The position numbers and the translations under genes were made by a program. 64,000 nucleotides of DNA, taken from positions 5,022,001-5,086,000 of the forward strand of contig NC_087471.1 of the NCBI RefSeq assembly GCF_036321535.1, given 5' to 3'. This DNA is from Camelus dromedarius (Eukaryota). The notes below the pieces were generated by a model. It was not told the origin of the DNA, did no database searches, and was given only the letters and a program-made list of their open reading frames with translations. Positions 1-28,691 of the stretch are shown piece after piece. The first letter of the stretch is position 1; each line of letters opens with the position of its first letter.

Positions 1-4054
<4,054 letters not shown>

Positions 4055-5525
4055 GCCAGGAGCATGACGGGAGGGGACACTCCTGTCCACACCTCTGCTC
4101 AAGAGCCGCCACCCTCCTCCCAGGGCGGAGGCTTGGCTCCGTCTCCTCTACATCCCAGGGACCACAGCCCATGCGGAGGCCTGGGCTTCTGCTCCTGGGT
4201 TAACTCAAGAAGACCTTGGCCTATTGGCCACACCAGATGGGATTTAAAGGCATGGGTCTCTGAGGTACCAGAAGCCAAGAAGCAAAAGAGATGGCTTCCT
4301 GGGCAGCATGGTGTCCTCAGGTCTTCCCTGGGGAGCTGGGTGATGGCCAGGTGGGCACCCAGACCCTGACCCTCATGTGCTCTATGCTTGTCACCCATCT
4401 GTATGGGCCATCTGCGGCCAGAGCCAAGGCCTGAGACTCAATTCCAGGGGCACGAGGGGCAGTGCGCTAATGGCTTCAAAGCTGGTCAGGGCCACAGGCG
4501 AGAGGAATGGGGGCATGGCCTTGCCTCTGTCACACCAGGTACCATAGACGCTGCTGAGATTTGACATTTCTCCTGCCTTCTTGGCTTAACCCTTGGGGAA
4601 GGGGCAGAGGACAGCAGGGGAAGCCCCCTCTTCCCGCTCGACCCTCGTGGAGACTGTTGCAAAATTCCCAGCCGCCTTGTGGCAAATGCCCAAAGCATGC
4701 TCCGCGCCCAGGCGGGGGCAGCTGCTAATGAGAAGCTTGATGCAACTGCAGCCAGGGCGGGAGAGGGCCTGGGGAGCTGGGGGGCTGGGTGCCAGGCTCC
4801 AGTTCCAGCTGGTTTCTCTCTGGCGCCTTCTGAACCCGTCTCGGCAGGTCCACAACACCTGGGCAGAGGGGCTCAGAGACTGGGAAAGGCCAGGCCTCGC
4901 CCTTAGCTTTCTGCCTGCTGTGTTCTCAATGGAATACTCTCCCAGGGGTGCAGGAAGCTCTGGTGAGACCAGGATGACCACCTGGCCAGAGGCCCCCAAG
5001 GCCTGGCGAGGAGGGGCTGGGGCGCAGGCAGCTGGTCGTGGTGGCGTTCTCCCTGCGTGCCCTCTGTGGCTAGGGCTGCCACCCAACCCGGCCCGAATCT
5101 GTCTCGACCTGCAGGAACACAGGCGGCGCCAGGCATTACCTCAGCAAACTGCAGTCGCTGGCTTCGCTCCTGGGCAAGGAGGAGCAGCCAGAGCCCCTTT
5201 CGCTTCCTTTTCCTGCCCATGCCGCTTCTAGAAGCAGGCCGCAGGTTGCCAAGAGGTGACATGAAAGCAGAGGAAACTCAGTGACCTCTGCCTCTCCCGC
5301 ATTCCTCCAAGCTGGGGAGGATTTCACTGCTGCTCCGAGGACACCAGGCATGTGCCTGCATGTGTGCGCACACGTGGGCGTCGGTGGGGGACGGGAGCGG
5401 AGCTCAGCGGGCCAGCTGGGTCTGGACTCCTGGATTCAGAAAACATTCGTGCGTCCGCGGGTCACACACACTCCCCTCCTCGATGTGCTTGGGTGCTCAC
5501 ACTGCGTCGCCCCGGTCAGCATGGC

Positions 5526-5531
5526 AATAAA
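5526..5531 (+). terminator. Likely FHIP2B polyadenylation signal
   Basis: AATAAA about 1.5 kb after the stop codon, followed by a GT-rich tract (tggtgtggttgcgtgg). Confidence 0.7.
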
Positions 5532-6019
5532 TGGTGTGGTTGCGTGGACACGGCTGCCCTGCTCTTCTCCACCCGTCGAGTCCTTCTCCCCAGGACTCCA
5601 CTGCTAATTCGGGCCCATTTTTCCCAGCTTGGGAGTGGAGCGGGGAGGTGTGGGGGGGGCGGTAAACAGAGACAGGCTCTGGCAGTGCAAATCTGATGTT
5701 CCCTGGCGCCTGCCAGGAACCAGGAACCAGCCTGTCTCGGCCAAGCAGCACTATTTCTGCTCAGCTCGCCTACAGCCGAGAGCCGGCAGCCCCCGAGACA
5801 CAGTGAGGGAATGGGCCGCCTGGAGTGTCCGTGTGCATGTCTCGTCTTCAGTGTTTATGGTGTGAGCTGTGTGGCTGCTTTAGTGAACAGTTAGTGGGCC
5901 TGATACTTTAAAACTCTTGTCCCTAAATATACATGTGTGGAGATCCTCGGGGGGGGGGGGTTGTCACCAAGAGTACTCCAGGGCAGGGCAAGCTGACAGC
6001 GTGGGGAGAGGGAGCTGAT

Positions 6020-6184
6020 CAGTGCCACTCACCTGGAAATGTCACAATCACTTGGTGGCTTTTTAAGATACCAGTGGCCTGGGCCCAGCCTCCACCAGTT
6101 AATCAGTATCTCTGGGGGTGGGCCCAGAGTTGGTTTTAAAGCTCTCCAGGCGATTCTAGTGGGCACCCAGGGTTGAAAACACTG
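6020..6184. mobile_element. MER5-type (hAT-Charlie) non-autonomous DNA transposon remnant
   Basis: Begins cagtg and ends ...ttttaaagctctccaggcgattctagtgggcacccagggttgaaaacactg, resembling the MER5 terminus. Subfamily not determined. Confidence 0.65.
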
Positions 6185-7448
6185 TAGGCCAAGTAGTGGG
6201 AGCAAAGATCACTGTTCTTCAAGGTGGATATGGACCGGTGGGTCCCCCAGACACCGAGAGAAGTGAACCGAAATGAAAGGCTTTGACTCCGTTGTTCAGA
6301 AGACGATCGTCTTTAGAGGGAACAAGAGGATTCCTACCACAGCCCCAGTGGCCAGAAAGCCAGGATGGCAGCCCGGAGAGGCAGGGGAGGGGGCCTTTGA
6401 GGACATCCTGGTCCTTCGGCGTCAGAGTGGAGCTACCGCAGAAGGGAAGCCCAGTCAAGTATTTCCCTGCTCAGAACCGAATCTCTACGTTAATGACTAG
6501 TGCCCAGCAGTGATGGCACATTATGTTTTCTTCATTCATTTCCTTTGGTTTTCCCTTAAATTTTAGTAAAGTTCTCTTTAAAAAGATTCCTGCCATGATC
6601 CAGCTGGGCTGAGGGGAAATGGAGAAACATGTTGGTCTGGCTTGGGCTGGAGTTGCATCAAGGCAGAGGCAGGAGCCCAGGTCAGCAGAGTGGCTCAGGG
6701 AAGGGATGGAGACACTCAAGGTGGAAAGCCTTGGGCAGAGAGGCGGGGAGGCGGTGGGGGTGGGGTCCCTCACTCCCCACCTCGAAGCTTCTGGCCATCT
6801 CACCGCTCAAACTTTGGAGGGGATGTGGTCACACCCCACCTGGGAGGCAGGAGAGGCTGCAGTGGACCAAGGAAGCCAGCCGCCAGTCACCTATAGTATC
6901 AGCTTGCTGTCAGGGAAGGCCTGGGTGGTGTCAGTGAGATAAAGAGAGGAGCTTCTCAAACTGAGGCAGCCCCCCTTCCTGCTCCCGTCCTCCCCACAGA
7001 GACATTTAGGTGGGAAGGCAAAGTAAGCAACACCTATTTACTCAGCCAGGGACCCACTCCCTTGGAATGACCTCCCCCAGCGCCCCCTCCACGCTGTAAG
7101 CGCCTGAAGATCCCGATGAGGCCTTCACTGAGGCAGGCACAGAAAATGCAGAGCAGATGCCACCTCAAGTTCAGAAAGTCCTCCCATCCCCTTAGGGAGT
7201 CATCGTGCCCTCCTTGTGCCCTCAGGGCAACTCGGTCCTTGAGCTCTGGATGCCTTATTTGGTTGAAGGCACTGTCCCTTTTGGTGTAGCCTGAAGAGAC
7301 CTGCTCCATGGCGACGAGAGATGGAAGTCCCCCTGGGAGCCAGGAGAACTGCCCTGCTCCCAACGCAACAAGATCTCTGACTGCCAACCCCCTGCCCATC
7401 TCAGAGGAGGCACAGACACCCAGCTCCTGGCCTGCTGACGGCAGCCTC

Positions 7449-9530
7449 CTATCTGTTGATTGGGATGACCGATGATTCCTGAAGCCTGTGTAAAAGCTGG
7501 CTTTGTAGGTCTTCCTCCATCACCTTCCACCAAAAGTAGTTCTCACCCCGAACCTTCGGGGGCTCATTTTGGATACCTGGATTCCGAAAAGCCACGGTCA
7601 CCAGCACATTCAGGCAGATGCCATCTGTTTGGTCTTTGCCCATGTGCTGCAGTCCAAGCAACCCCTTGGTCTCCACTGCCAGGTGGTGCAGGGTCAGACA
7701 CTCCTGCAGCAGCCGCAGGACGGCCATCTTGATGCCACCCCTCTGCTCCATGGGAGTGAAGCCACAAGCAGTGATGGGCAAGTGAGGCGTCCCCCCTGTG
7801 CCCACCAACACCCACACCGTCTGGACACTGGTAAACGTGGCCACGAGCCGCTGGCAGATCAGACTGCAGGGAAGCTCTTGGGGCAGAATGAGAGGGTGCC
7901 TGGCTTGCTGGCAGTACTGGGCGGCTAACTCTACCAGGTGCAGAATGTCATGGGCTCTCAGCGGGGTGGGCAGCGAGGTTCGTGGGTACCAGCCAGCCTG
8001 CAGGGACTCCGCATCTGCCTCCTTGGTAGTCTTAAGAATTCCACCTGGGGGAGGTGTGGGGAACAGGGTGGAGGAAAGGGTCTATGTTGAAGAAAGTGCT
8101 GGGCCTGGCAGAGTAAAGGGCCACCCAGGCATCTAGCTCTGACCCCAAGTGAGGAGGCCCCAAGTCAAGCCCTCAGGCTGGAATCTCAGGATGCCAGGCT
8201 TGTGCCAGCCAGATCAGGGGCTCATCTCACCTAAGGATAAGCTGGGGAAATGTCAATGGCCTTCTACCCACAATGCCACCCGATGGGCCGTACCTGTGGG
8301 ACGGGCAAGGAACACAAAGCGGATCCAGGAGGGGCCCCGCTCCTCCACAGACAGCAACGTCAGAGGCTCACAGTGCAGCCCAGCCTCCTCCTTCACCTCC
8401 CGCTGCAGCGCCTCCACGATAGTCTCCCCAGGCTCCATCCTCCCTGCAGGTAGGTACCACGACCCACGGCACTCTTTCTTAGCCTCCTGGACCAGCAGCA
8501 CCTCATCCTGTGGGGAGAAAGAAGATCCTCACCCACCACAGGATCAGCACAGACAGCAGCCTTCACTGGCCCTCGGTCCAGATCAGATCTCAGATACAGT
8601 CCCTCAATATCCACTTCCTGGTAGACACCCTTAAATTTTTGAGCTCTCCAGGGGGCTGGCCCTTGTGTATCTGGGCACTGCAGCTGTCTCAGCAACTCAT
8701 CTCTCTTTGCATTCGAGCTTCCATTTCAGAAAGAGGCTAAGATTCCTGGGAGCTGCTTCAGGGATCAGGCTCCACAGAGAGGGTCGCCATGTGTCCTGCA
8801 CTGACTCATGTGTATGTAAGTCACTGTGTATTTCTCACCTCTCCTTATGGTTTACTGACAGCTTGTGGCTGGTCCTCACATTGGGGTCTAGGCTTTGAGA
8901 CACATGCCCAACCCTCAGCTCATACAACTCTCACCTATGGCCCTGCCCACACCCCCAGCTGTTTTTATAGCAACTTGTACAGGGATCAGCACGAAAAAGG
9001 GCAGCATCACACAGAGAGTCAGAAGTTCTGAGTATAAGCAAAGGCTGCACAGTGACTGCCCATGGGACTCGGGGGTGGCAGGCACTGTGCTACATTCTGG
9101 GGAAAAGGAGTAAGACAGCCCTCCCCTCAAGGAACCGAGGCCTAGTGGAATGAGACAAACAGGCTCCTGGGCCTCCTCCTTTGTACATGGGGACAATCTC
9201 CAGGCTGGACCACACAAGGCTCAGATATAAGTGTGAGAGTGCTTTGCAAAACTGGGAAGAGCCACACACCAAGAAGCGGTGGCTATTGCCGGCAGGTCCT
9301 CTGTCCCCACTGAGGCTGGCTGCGTGCTCTGGTGGCCCGGGCGGTGGGCCCGACGGGCGGACGCTCACCTGCTCGTTGAGGAACAAGGCCAGCACCACGT
9401 AGCAAACGTTCTTCCGCAGCCGCACGGGCGCCGCCGGCTCCCCCGCCGGCCCCGAGTCACAGCTCTGCACGCGCAGCCCCCGGCCCCCCAGCACGGCCGC
9501 CAGCGCCCCCGCCAGTCCTTCCGAGGCCAT
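7449..9530 (-). CDS. NUDT18: Nudix hydrolase 18 (8-oxo-dGDP phosphatase, MTH3)
   Basis: Exons 9369-9530, 8294-8507 and 7449-8044 total 972 nt (323 aa + stop). Intact Nudix box [23 protein letters not shown]-terminus [17 protein letters not shown]-terminus ESSVIPINR. Confidence 0.97.
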
Positions 9531-10110
9531 CGGGCTCCCTGGGAAGCAGCGGGCCGGTCCCCGCAGACCGGCCGAGCCGGATGGGATGGACGTGGGTGAC
9601 CCTCGGGCCCATCGGCCTCGCCCCCTCCCCCTGCGGACTGGAGCGGGCACGCTCGCGAACGCGGAAGCGCTCGGCGAGCCCTGGCCGCTGATAGGCTGCG
9701 CGTCTCCGAGGCTGTCCCGGATTGGCTGGTGCGTGTCGGTCACTGCGGGGCGGAACCAATCCGTAAGGGGGCCAGGCGCCCCGCCCCGGCAGTGCGGACC
9801 CCGCCCAGCTTCTGCTGCTCCATCGGTTTCGCCTCTCCCCGGAGTCTTCAGCCGCTAGCTTCGCTAATTCCTCCCTCGGCGCACTTGTCTGCCCGGGTTC
9901 CGACGGCGACGTCATCCTGCCCGCAGGCAGCGGAGCGCCACGGCGGCCAGCGACACTGACGTCACAAGCCCGATGACGTCACCGGGGTTGCGGCTTGTAC
10001 CCACTGTCCAGCTTTTGTCATGAACTTACCACGGCATTGCACGAAATAGCCTTTATTTTTCCCAAATAGCCTTTTTTTACTAAGAATGTACTGACTGTCA
10101 CGTGGCTCGT
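9300..10110. promoter_or_regulatory. CpG-island promoter of NUDT18
   Basis: CpG-dense. CCAAT boxes (ATTGG at 9721, CCAAT at about 9757), two full CRE palindromes TGACGTCA (9957-9964, 9974-9981) and GTCACGTG at 10097-10104. Confidence 0.8.
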
Positions 10111-11267
10111 GAGCTCTTGCCTTGGAGGAGATTAGGATCCATTTGGGGAGGTGAATAGACATATAATGGAAAGTCAACTGACTTCTAAGTCAAGTGCTAA
10201 ATGACTGGTTTGGGCAGGAGATGATCCAGGCGCTGAGAGAAGGGAAGGAGCAGAGCTGGGGTGGTCAAGGTGTGCCTGGCGATGGGAGATGGGGATTGGG
10301 GGCAGAGAGAGGGCCTGGGATCAGCCTGACTAGCTTTTAGCAGTGTCCCAGCCACCTTCCCCTCGCATTTCTCATGCATTTCTCTCCCCTGCAGGGGCCG
10401 GGGTTCTGCTCCTGTGTCTTTACTTGTCCTCCCCGACGCCCCTGCCCAGTTAGCAGGGCCCTGGGCCATTGAGAGCGGGGTGTGGGTTGATTTGGCAAAC
10501 TCCTTCTTTTCCCCCAGCCTGACCTTTCCTCTTCAGAGCTTCCTTTAACTTCCTCTCAGGGTAGGAAGGCAGGACCATCTGGAGAGAAACTGTGAAAGCA
10601 GCCAAGTCGGAGCTCCTCAGTTAAGACTTCCCTTTTCCTCCTGCTGGCTTTGGGCACATCCCTTTTGGTGGGGACAGTGGCTTGATGGAGCAGCCAAAGC
10701 ATTAGCCTTGGAGCTGGATGCCCAGTCACCATTCCTTGGCTGGCTCTGTGCCCTGAATAAGTCGTGGGCCTGTTTTCTCACTGGTACAGTGAGCTCCTAA
10801 CAGCTCTTCCATCCCAGGGCTGTCGGGAAGGTGAGACGTCATGAGAGGAGCTCTGTGGACTGTCCAGCGTGGGTCACCATCACCAGGCAGCCCGCCAACC
10901 CTCCAGGTCGGGCCCTCCTGGCCACAGCCCTTGTTGTTACCAGACAAAGGCCCACTTTCATGGCGCGTGCCTACACTGCCGCCACGGACTAGAAGACCTC
11001 ACCCTCACAAACTCTAGCCACAGGATGGGCCTCCTTAGGCCCTTCTCACACACTCACCCGGCTGCAGGTTCCCTGGAGGCAGGGCCGTATGTCAGGCTGG
11101 GGGATATCCCCGGTGGACCCACAGTCTTTTGAGGCACTTGGTAAGCACTGCTGCCCCCACCCCATCCAAGACCTCTCACATTCCAGACAACTGAAATCAC
11201 AGGACTGAGAGTCAGGCCTGCAGGACTGCCAAGCAACTTGTCAACGTATTTGCTCTGTGTGTATATC

Positions 11268-11310
11268 TGTGTGTGTGTGTGTGTGTGTGTGTGTCTGTGT
11301 GTGTGTGTGT
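11268..11310. repeat. (TG)n microsatellite
   Basis: About 21 TG units with one interruption, read directly. Confidence 0.95.
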
Positions 11311-12224
11311 TTAGCTCTTGGTTTTCCCATCTGTGAAGTGGGGACAGCGTTGGTCCCAGACTCCTTTCTGCCTCCCAGGGATGATTTGGGAGAGTGAGGT
11401 CATGTCTGGGCAGGGCTCTGAGAGCCTCAGAGGCAGCCTAAGATAAACACCAGACAGCCTAACTGCCTGGAAGAGCAAAGGCTGCAGCAAACCGCGGCTC
11501 CACTCCCCCCATTACCGCTGGGAAAGCACGCCTCTCCTGCTAAGTGGCCCTAATCACCCCTGTGATGAGGAGCATGTGAGGAACTTGAAAGCCAGCTGTA
11601 AACTGTGAAAGGGCCCCACAGGTGGAGGGCCCTCGAGGGGGTGTACCGGGGCCTTCTTGGAGGGCTGAGGGGTACAACAGAAAATAGACTTCCAGGCGCC
11701 GGGAAGCAGAGAGCACACGCCAGACCGAGACAGGAGAGGCCCTGAGACAACTGGAGAAGCTGAGGGAGGGGGGCTGAGAAAGAAACTTCCAGAACGTGAA
11801 GCAACGGCAGGTCTCCTTCAGGTTGGCTCCTAGTCCTCCACTCCCACTGAGGGAAGAGCACTGGCTGGTGTGGGTGAGCCGGGCATTTCAGGGCATGTGC
11901 ATGTGAGCACGTGTGCAAGAAGGTGGTATAGGCAACCTCAGAAATGGGCCGGGCAGGCAGGGTGGGGCAGCGGTGTCGGTGAGGCTGGAGTTGTTTATGG
12001 AGCAGCACCTGGCCCTGGACAAAGCAGGAAGGGTGAGGAGGGCAGGAGCCCAAGGGACAGGGAGGAGGAGGTCTGGCTTCAGCCTGTGCCCTGCCGCTAG
12101 CTTGCTGAGCGACCTTGGGAGAGCCGCCTCTACACTCCAGGCCAGCTGTAAGCTTGCTAGGTAGATCCTGAAACAGAAGAGGGACATTAGTGGAGAACTG
12201 ATGAAACCCCAGTCAAGTCTGTTG

Positions 12225-12400
12225 CTTAGTTAATAGCATATCAATATCCATTTCTTAAGTTGTGTAAGATGTTCACGTGAGAGGAAGCTGGATGAAGGGT
12301 AACTGGGGACATTCTGTGCTATCTTTGTGACCTCAAACCATTTCTTAATAAAATAAGACGTCTTAAAAATGTACTTGATAAGAAAAAAAAAAGTGGCATT
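12225..12400 (+). mobile_element. Old L1 (L1M-type) 3'-end fragment
   Basis: gttaatagcatatcaatatccatttc...gaggaagctggatgaagggtaactggggacattctgtgctatctttg resembles ancient L1M 3' UTRs and ends A-rich. Confidence 0.55.
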
Positions 12401-12994
12401 GGATAGATAGACACACTCTGAGGTCACTGCCAGCCCTGAGGGTTGTGCCTCTGGGCTGTCTCGGCCAGTGAGCAGGGCTGGAACAGAAGGTGGACAGTGA
12501 GAAGCTGGGAGAAACAGGGGTCCAGGGGGCAGAGCTGGACTAGGTGAGCCGTCTGAGCCTCCGTGAGGAAGAGTGCCACCCCGTGCCCCAAGCCGACTCT
12601 CAGGATCAGCCCCACCTGGACTGTCTGCATTTGCAGGTCTAGTCCTGGAACATTTGGTCCACCTGCTGCTCGCTAGGAGCCAGACCTAATATGCCCTCGA
12701 GGGTGCTAGGACCCGCCATGAAAGGGGAGGCAGCAGGGCAGACTGGAGTCGGAAGAAGCCCAGTCCCTGGTCCAACCCCACCTTCCCACGGGAAGGACCC
12801 CGTATTTGTGGTCTGGGGTGACATCAGGACACGGCTATACAAGGTGAAGTGTAGGTGAGGATGAGTCGCTCTGTGCCACTTGGAATGTGATCAGCTGTGA
12901 AGTGTCTGTACGGGAAGGAGGAGGACAGAGGGGACAGCAAACCCGTCTGTAAAGTCCATTAAGCGCTAAGACTGTCTTGTAAGTGAGTCAGGAA

Positions 12995-13140
12995 AATTGG
13001 TTCAAGTCCCAATTCTGCCACAAAGATTGCTGGGTGACCTTGGGTGACTCACTTATCCCTAGCCTGCCTGTTTCCTTCTCTGTAAATGGAAATAAATAAT
13101 ACCTACCCCTAAGTCATGATATGGGGTTAAATAAAATCAG
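12995..13140. mobile_element. MIR SINE
   Basis: ggttcaagtcccaattctgcc...gtgaccttgggtgactcactt...ctctgtaaatggaaataaataatacctacc matches the MIR core. Confidence 0.7.
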
Positions 13141-13556
13141 TTAAAAGAATCCAGTGGCACTTAAAGGGCAGCAGCTCCTTAATTTTTCCTTTTTGTCCCC
13201 TAGCCCATGGGAAATAATTAAAATAATCTCCCTTTGCAAACAATGGAAAAACCTAATTTTTTAAAAAATGAGGGATGATTATGTAAATCACTGCAAAGCC
13301 GCTTAAGGGGATATAAGCAGTCATTTAAAATAAAAGTCAGATAGCAGCACAGAAGTGATCAGAATCCCGTGGTAAAAAAAGAACCCCAGTATGAAGCACC
13401 CCAATTCAACCCTGTATAAAGCAGATTCCCTGGAGAAAATACTAGAAGGAAATATATGAAAATACTAATAGTGGTTGGACTGGAGGTGGGTTTATAGGGT
13501 TTTTTTTTCTTTTTTCTAAATGTTCGGAAAGTATATTAAGTTTTTAATAAAAAATT

Positions 13557-13562
13557 TTTATT
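13557..13562 (-). terminator. Likely HR polyadenylation signal
   Basis: TTTATT on the + strand (AATAAA on -), about 1.25 kb downstream of the HR stop codon. Confidence 0.65.
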
Positions 13563-14813
13563 TCATAAAAAAAATTCCCCGAACCACCGCAGGAACAATT
13601 AAGTTTAACAATAGTCAGAGCATGTTGGGGCTGAGACGGACAAGGGCAGGGGAGCGGGTGGAGCCACACCAGAGGGCCCTGGGGTGGGGCGGGGCTGTCA
13701 GCTGTCTCAGGCAGCAGGTCAGTCCCAGGCCGGCGGCTTGGGGCCGGCCACAGGACACTGAGGGCAGAAGGCTGGGCAGGGGCGCTCCTGGGCCAGATGC
13801 CGGAGCTCCAGGTCAGGTCACACAGGAGAGCTGGGGAAGCCAGGTGTTTGCAGAGAGAGTTGGGGCACCCAGATCTGTGGTGCCACACAGGGAAGCCACC
13901 TTGATGCTATGGTCCAGGCCTCTGCCTGGCCCACTGTTGCTGTCAGGACCATCCTCAGGGGCAGCCCCCTGGGGAAGGCTCCATCTGCCCCTCAGTGGGA
14001 TGGAGGGAACACCCCCCCACACCCTCCTCTACCAAGAAGAGCAGGCAGGAGTATTTGAAGTCCCTGTTACAACAGCCTCAGCCCCTTCCCACCCTGCTCC
14101 ATTTCCACGTGTCCCCTCCCTCCCCAGTCCATGTGGCCTGCAGGAGCAGGGCCAACCACACTGGCAGCATTCACAAAACAACAGCCTTTAATGGAAATTG
14201 AGAAAGGAGGGAGGCAAGAGAGGGAGCAGGGACAGGGACTCGCCTGTACCATCTCCTCCAGCCAAGCCTGTGCAGTGTCCTGATGCCACCCCCTCCCCAC
14301 ACTTCACAGCTTTCTGGCCAGAGGGCAGGATGTTGGTAGCCCCTTGTCCAGCATGCCTGCAGTGCAAAGGCCCCCCCCAGGAGCTCGAGGATGTGGGTGG
14401 TGTAAGCAGAGTTTGGGCACAGGTGAGAGAGCAGAAGAGGCAGCAGCAGCAGGTGTTACTTAAGCCAGAATGATTCCCGAGGTCCCCAAGGAAGGGCTGT
14501 TTGTCCCCTGGGTCGGGGTGGGGGCAGGGGTTGGAGGGAGACAGTCACCCCCAGTGTGGGGCTGGTACCATGGAGAGGGGCGCAGGAGTGGAGCAGGTGC
14601 CGGCCTGCAAAGGGCAGGTGTGAGATTTGGTGGCACTGTGGTTGTTTTTGTTAGGGCCCAGATCAGGGGCAGGGAACGGGGTGCCCTGCTTGTGCCCAGA
14701 GTGGTGCTTGCGGAATTGACCCAAAGTCCCCAAGTCCCCCAGTGCCAGTCTCTGCTGAAGCTGAGCACTGGTCCGCCTGTCCCTCACCCCTAACCCAGAC
14801 ACCTGGGCTCCCT

Positions 14814-27342
<12,529 letters not shown>

Positions 27343-27343
<1 letters not shown>

Positions 27344-27360
27344 CACTCTCCTGCCCTCAT
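27343..27360 (-). other. Minimal uORF (MRAGE*) whose stop overlaps the HR start codon
   Basis: Minus strand ATG AGG GCA GGA GAG TGA TG. The A of TGA is the A of the HR ATG. It lies in exon 2, whose acceptor is at 27382. Confidence 0.8.
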
Positions 27361-27604
27361 GGGGCTCTCCCAGAGTGGGTCCCTGGAGCATAACCACCAA
27401 AGCATGGGCTTCTTAGGCACATGCCCGAAGCACCCTACCACCCGGCACAGAGTGGGCACCGCCCTGGCAGCACAAAGGCGCCTCAAACCAGTAAGGCAAG
27501 TGCCAACCTACAACTGGGCTCCATGCTGCCTGCCTACATGTGACTCCAAGGACCCGCATGGGTGGGATGCTCCAGTGTGGGTCGGTCACCCCTTCCCCAG
27601 AATG

Positions 27605-27648
27605 CCTGGGACTTGACAGCCCACCTGGGATTTGACAGCCCACCTGGG
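27605..27648. repeat. 19-bp tandem repeat (about 2.3 copies) in HR intron 1
   Basis: cctggga(c/t)ttgacagccca twice plus cctggg, read directly. Confidence 0.9.
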
Positions 27649-27794
27649 CCAGAGCCCCTCAGCAGATTCTGCCATTTCTAAGATGACATGTCCTGGCCTT
27701 ACTGAGCCTGGAACTGGTCATGAGCCGCGGGGAAGCACAGGGGGCAAGAACCCAAACGATGAGCTCCATGGAAGGCACTGCACTGGGAGACAAG

Positions 27795-27895
27795 ACGTCT
27801 GGATCCTGGCCCTGATCCAGTCACCTGCTGTGTGACCTTGGGCAAGGCATGTCACTCCTTTGGGCCTCGGTGTGTCCTTGTGTAAAATAGGGCTG
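27795..27895. mobile_element. MIR SINE fragment in HR intron 1
   Basis: gctgtgtgaccttgggcaaggcatgtcactcctttgggcctcgg...tgtaaaatagg. Confidence 0.65.
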
Positions 27896-28691
27896 GGAAA
27901 TGGGCAGTCTCAGAGGCCTGTTCCCACACTGCAGTCAGTCCTGTGGCTCTAGGGGAGACTGCCGGCCCACCCCCGACCCTTCAGCCCCAGCCAGGCTTGT
28001 TTGGGTGGAAAGCGAACGGAGAGCAAGCTGGAGTCACTGGGAAGGGCGGCAAGGCAGGGCTGCAGGCAGGAATCGCTCCCTACTCCTGGGCAGCCAGGAG
28101 TCTGCCTCTTCCCTGAGCTCTTCGGTTCCTTGGCTTCTGAGGCAGAACGAAGGACAACTGCTGAGGGCCGGGATCTCCACCGCTGCCCCCAAGGGAAGGA
28201 GTGAGCCACCACAGGAGAGCAGGGTTAAGAGGCCTCAGCCGGGATGGGTCAAGATGCCACAGTGCCGGGGCCGCCGGTGGACGTCGGTAACTGTACGCCC
28301 GGCTGGTGCGGAGCGAAGGAGGCGGGGAAAGCGGGCTGGGCCCCAGAGGGAGGCAAAGGAGGGAAAATTGAACGTGCGTGCAGAGGACCAGGATGACAGG
28401 TGGCACCAGAGCCGCAGCGCACTCCCGGCGCGGCCACCTCGGCCCACTGAGGGGAGCCCCAGGAAGGAGGCGAGGCGGCCCGGGGAGCTGTGACGGAGAG
28501 CGCTCGGGGTTTTCGGGGCCGCAGCTCCGACGCGGTCCGGCCCCGTCGGGCATCCTAACTTTCAGAGCTGTGGCCCTGCCCTGAGGAGCAAGGGGAACTC
28601 GCTCCCTGCATGCGGCGCGGGCTTGGCTCAGAAATGCCCCGCCGCGGGTGTCCCCAGCAGACGCACGCCTGGCGCCCCTCTCGGCACTTAC

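Noticed and set aside
12637-12843. Possible + strand cryptic exon between NUDT18 and HR
   Set aside because: The acceptor is plausible but the donor (GTGAAG) is weak, and there is no coding signal or partner exon.
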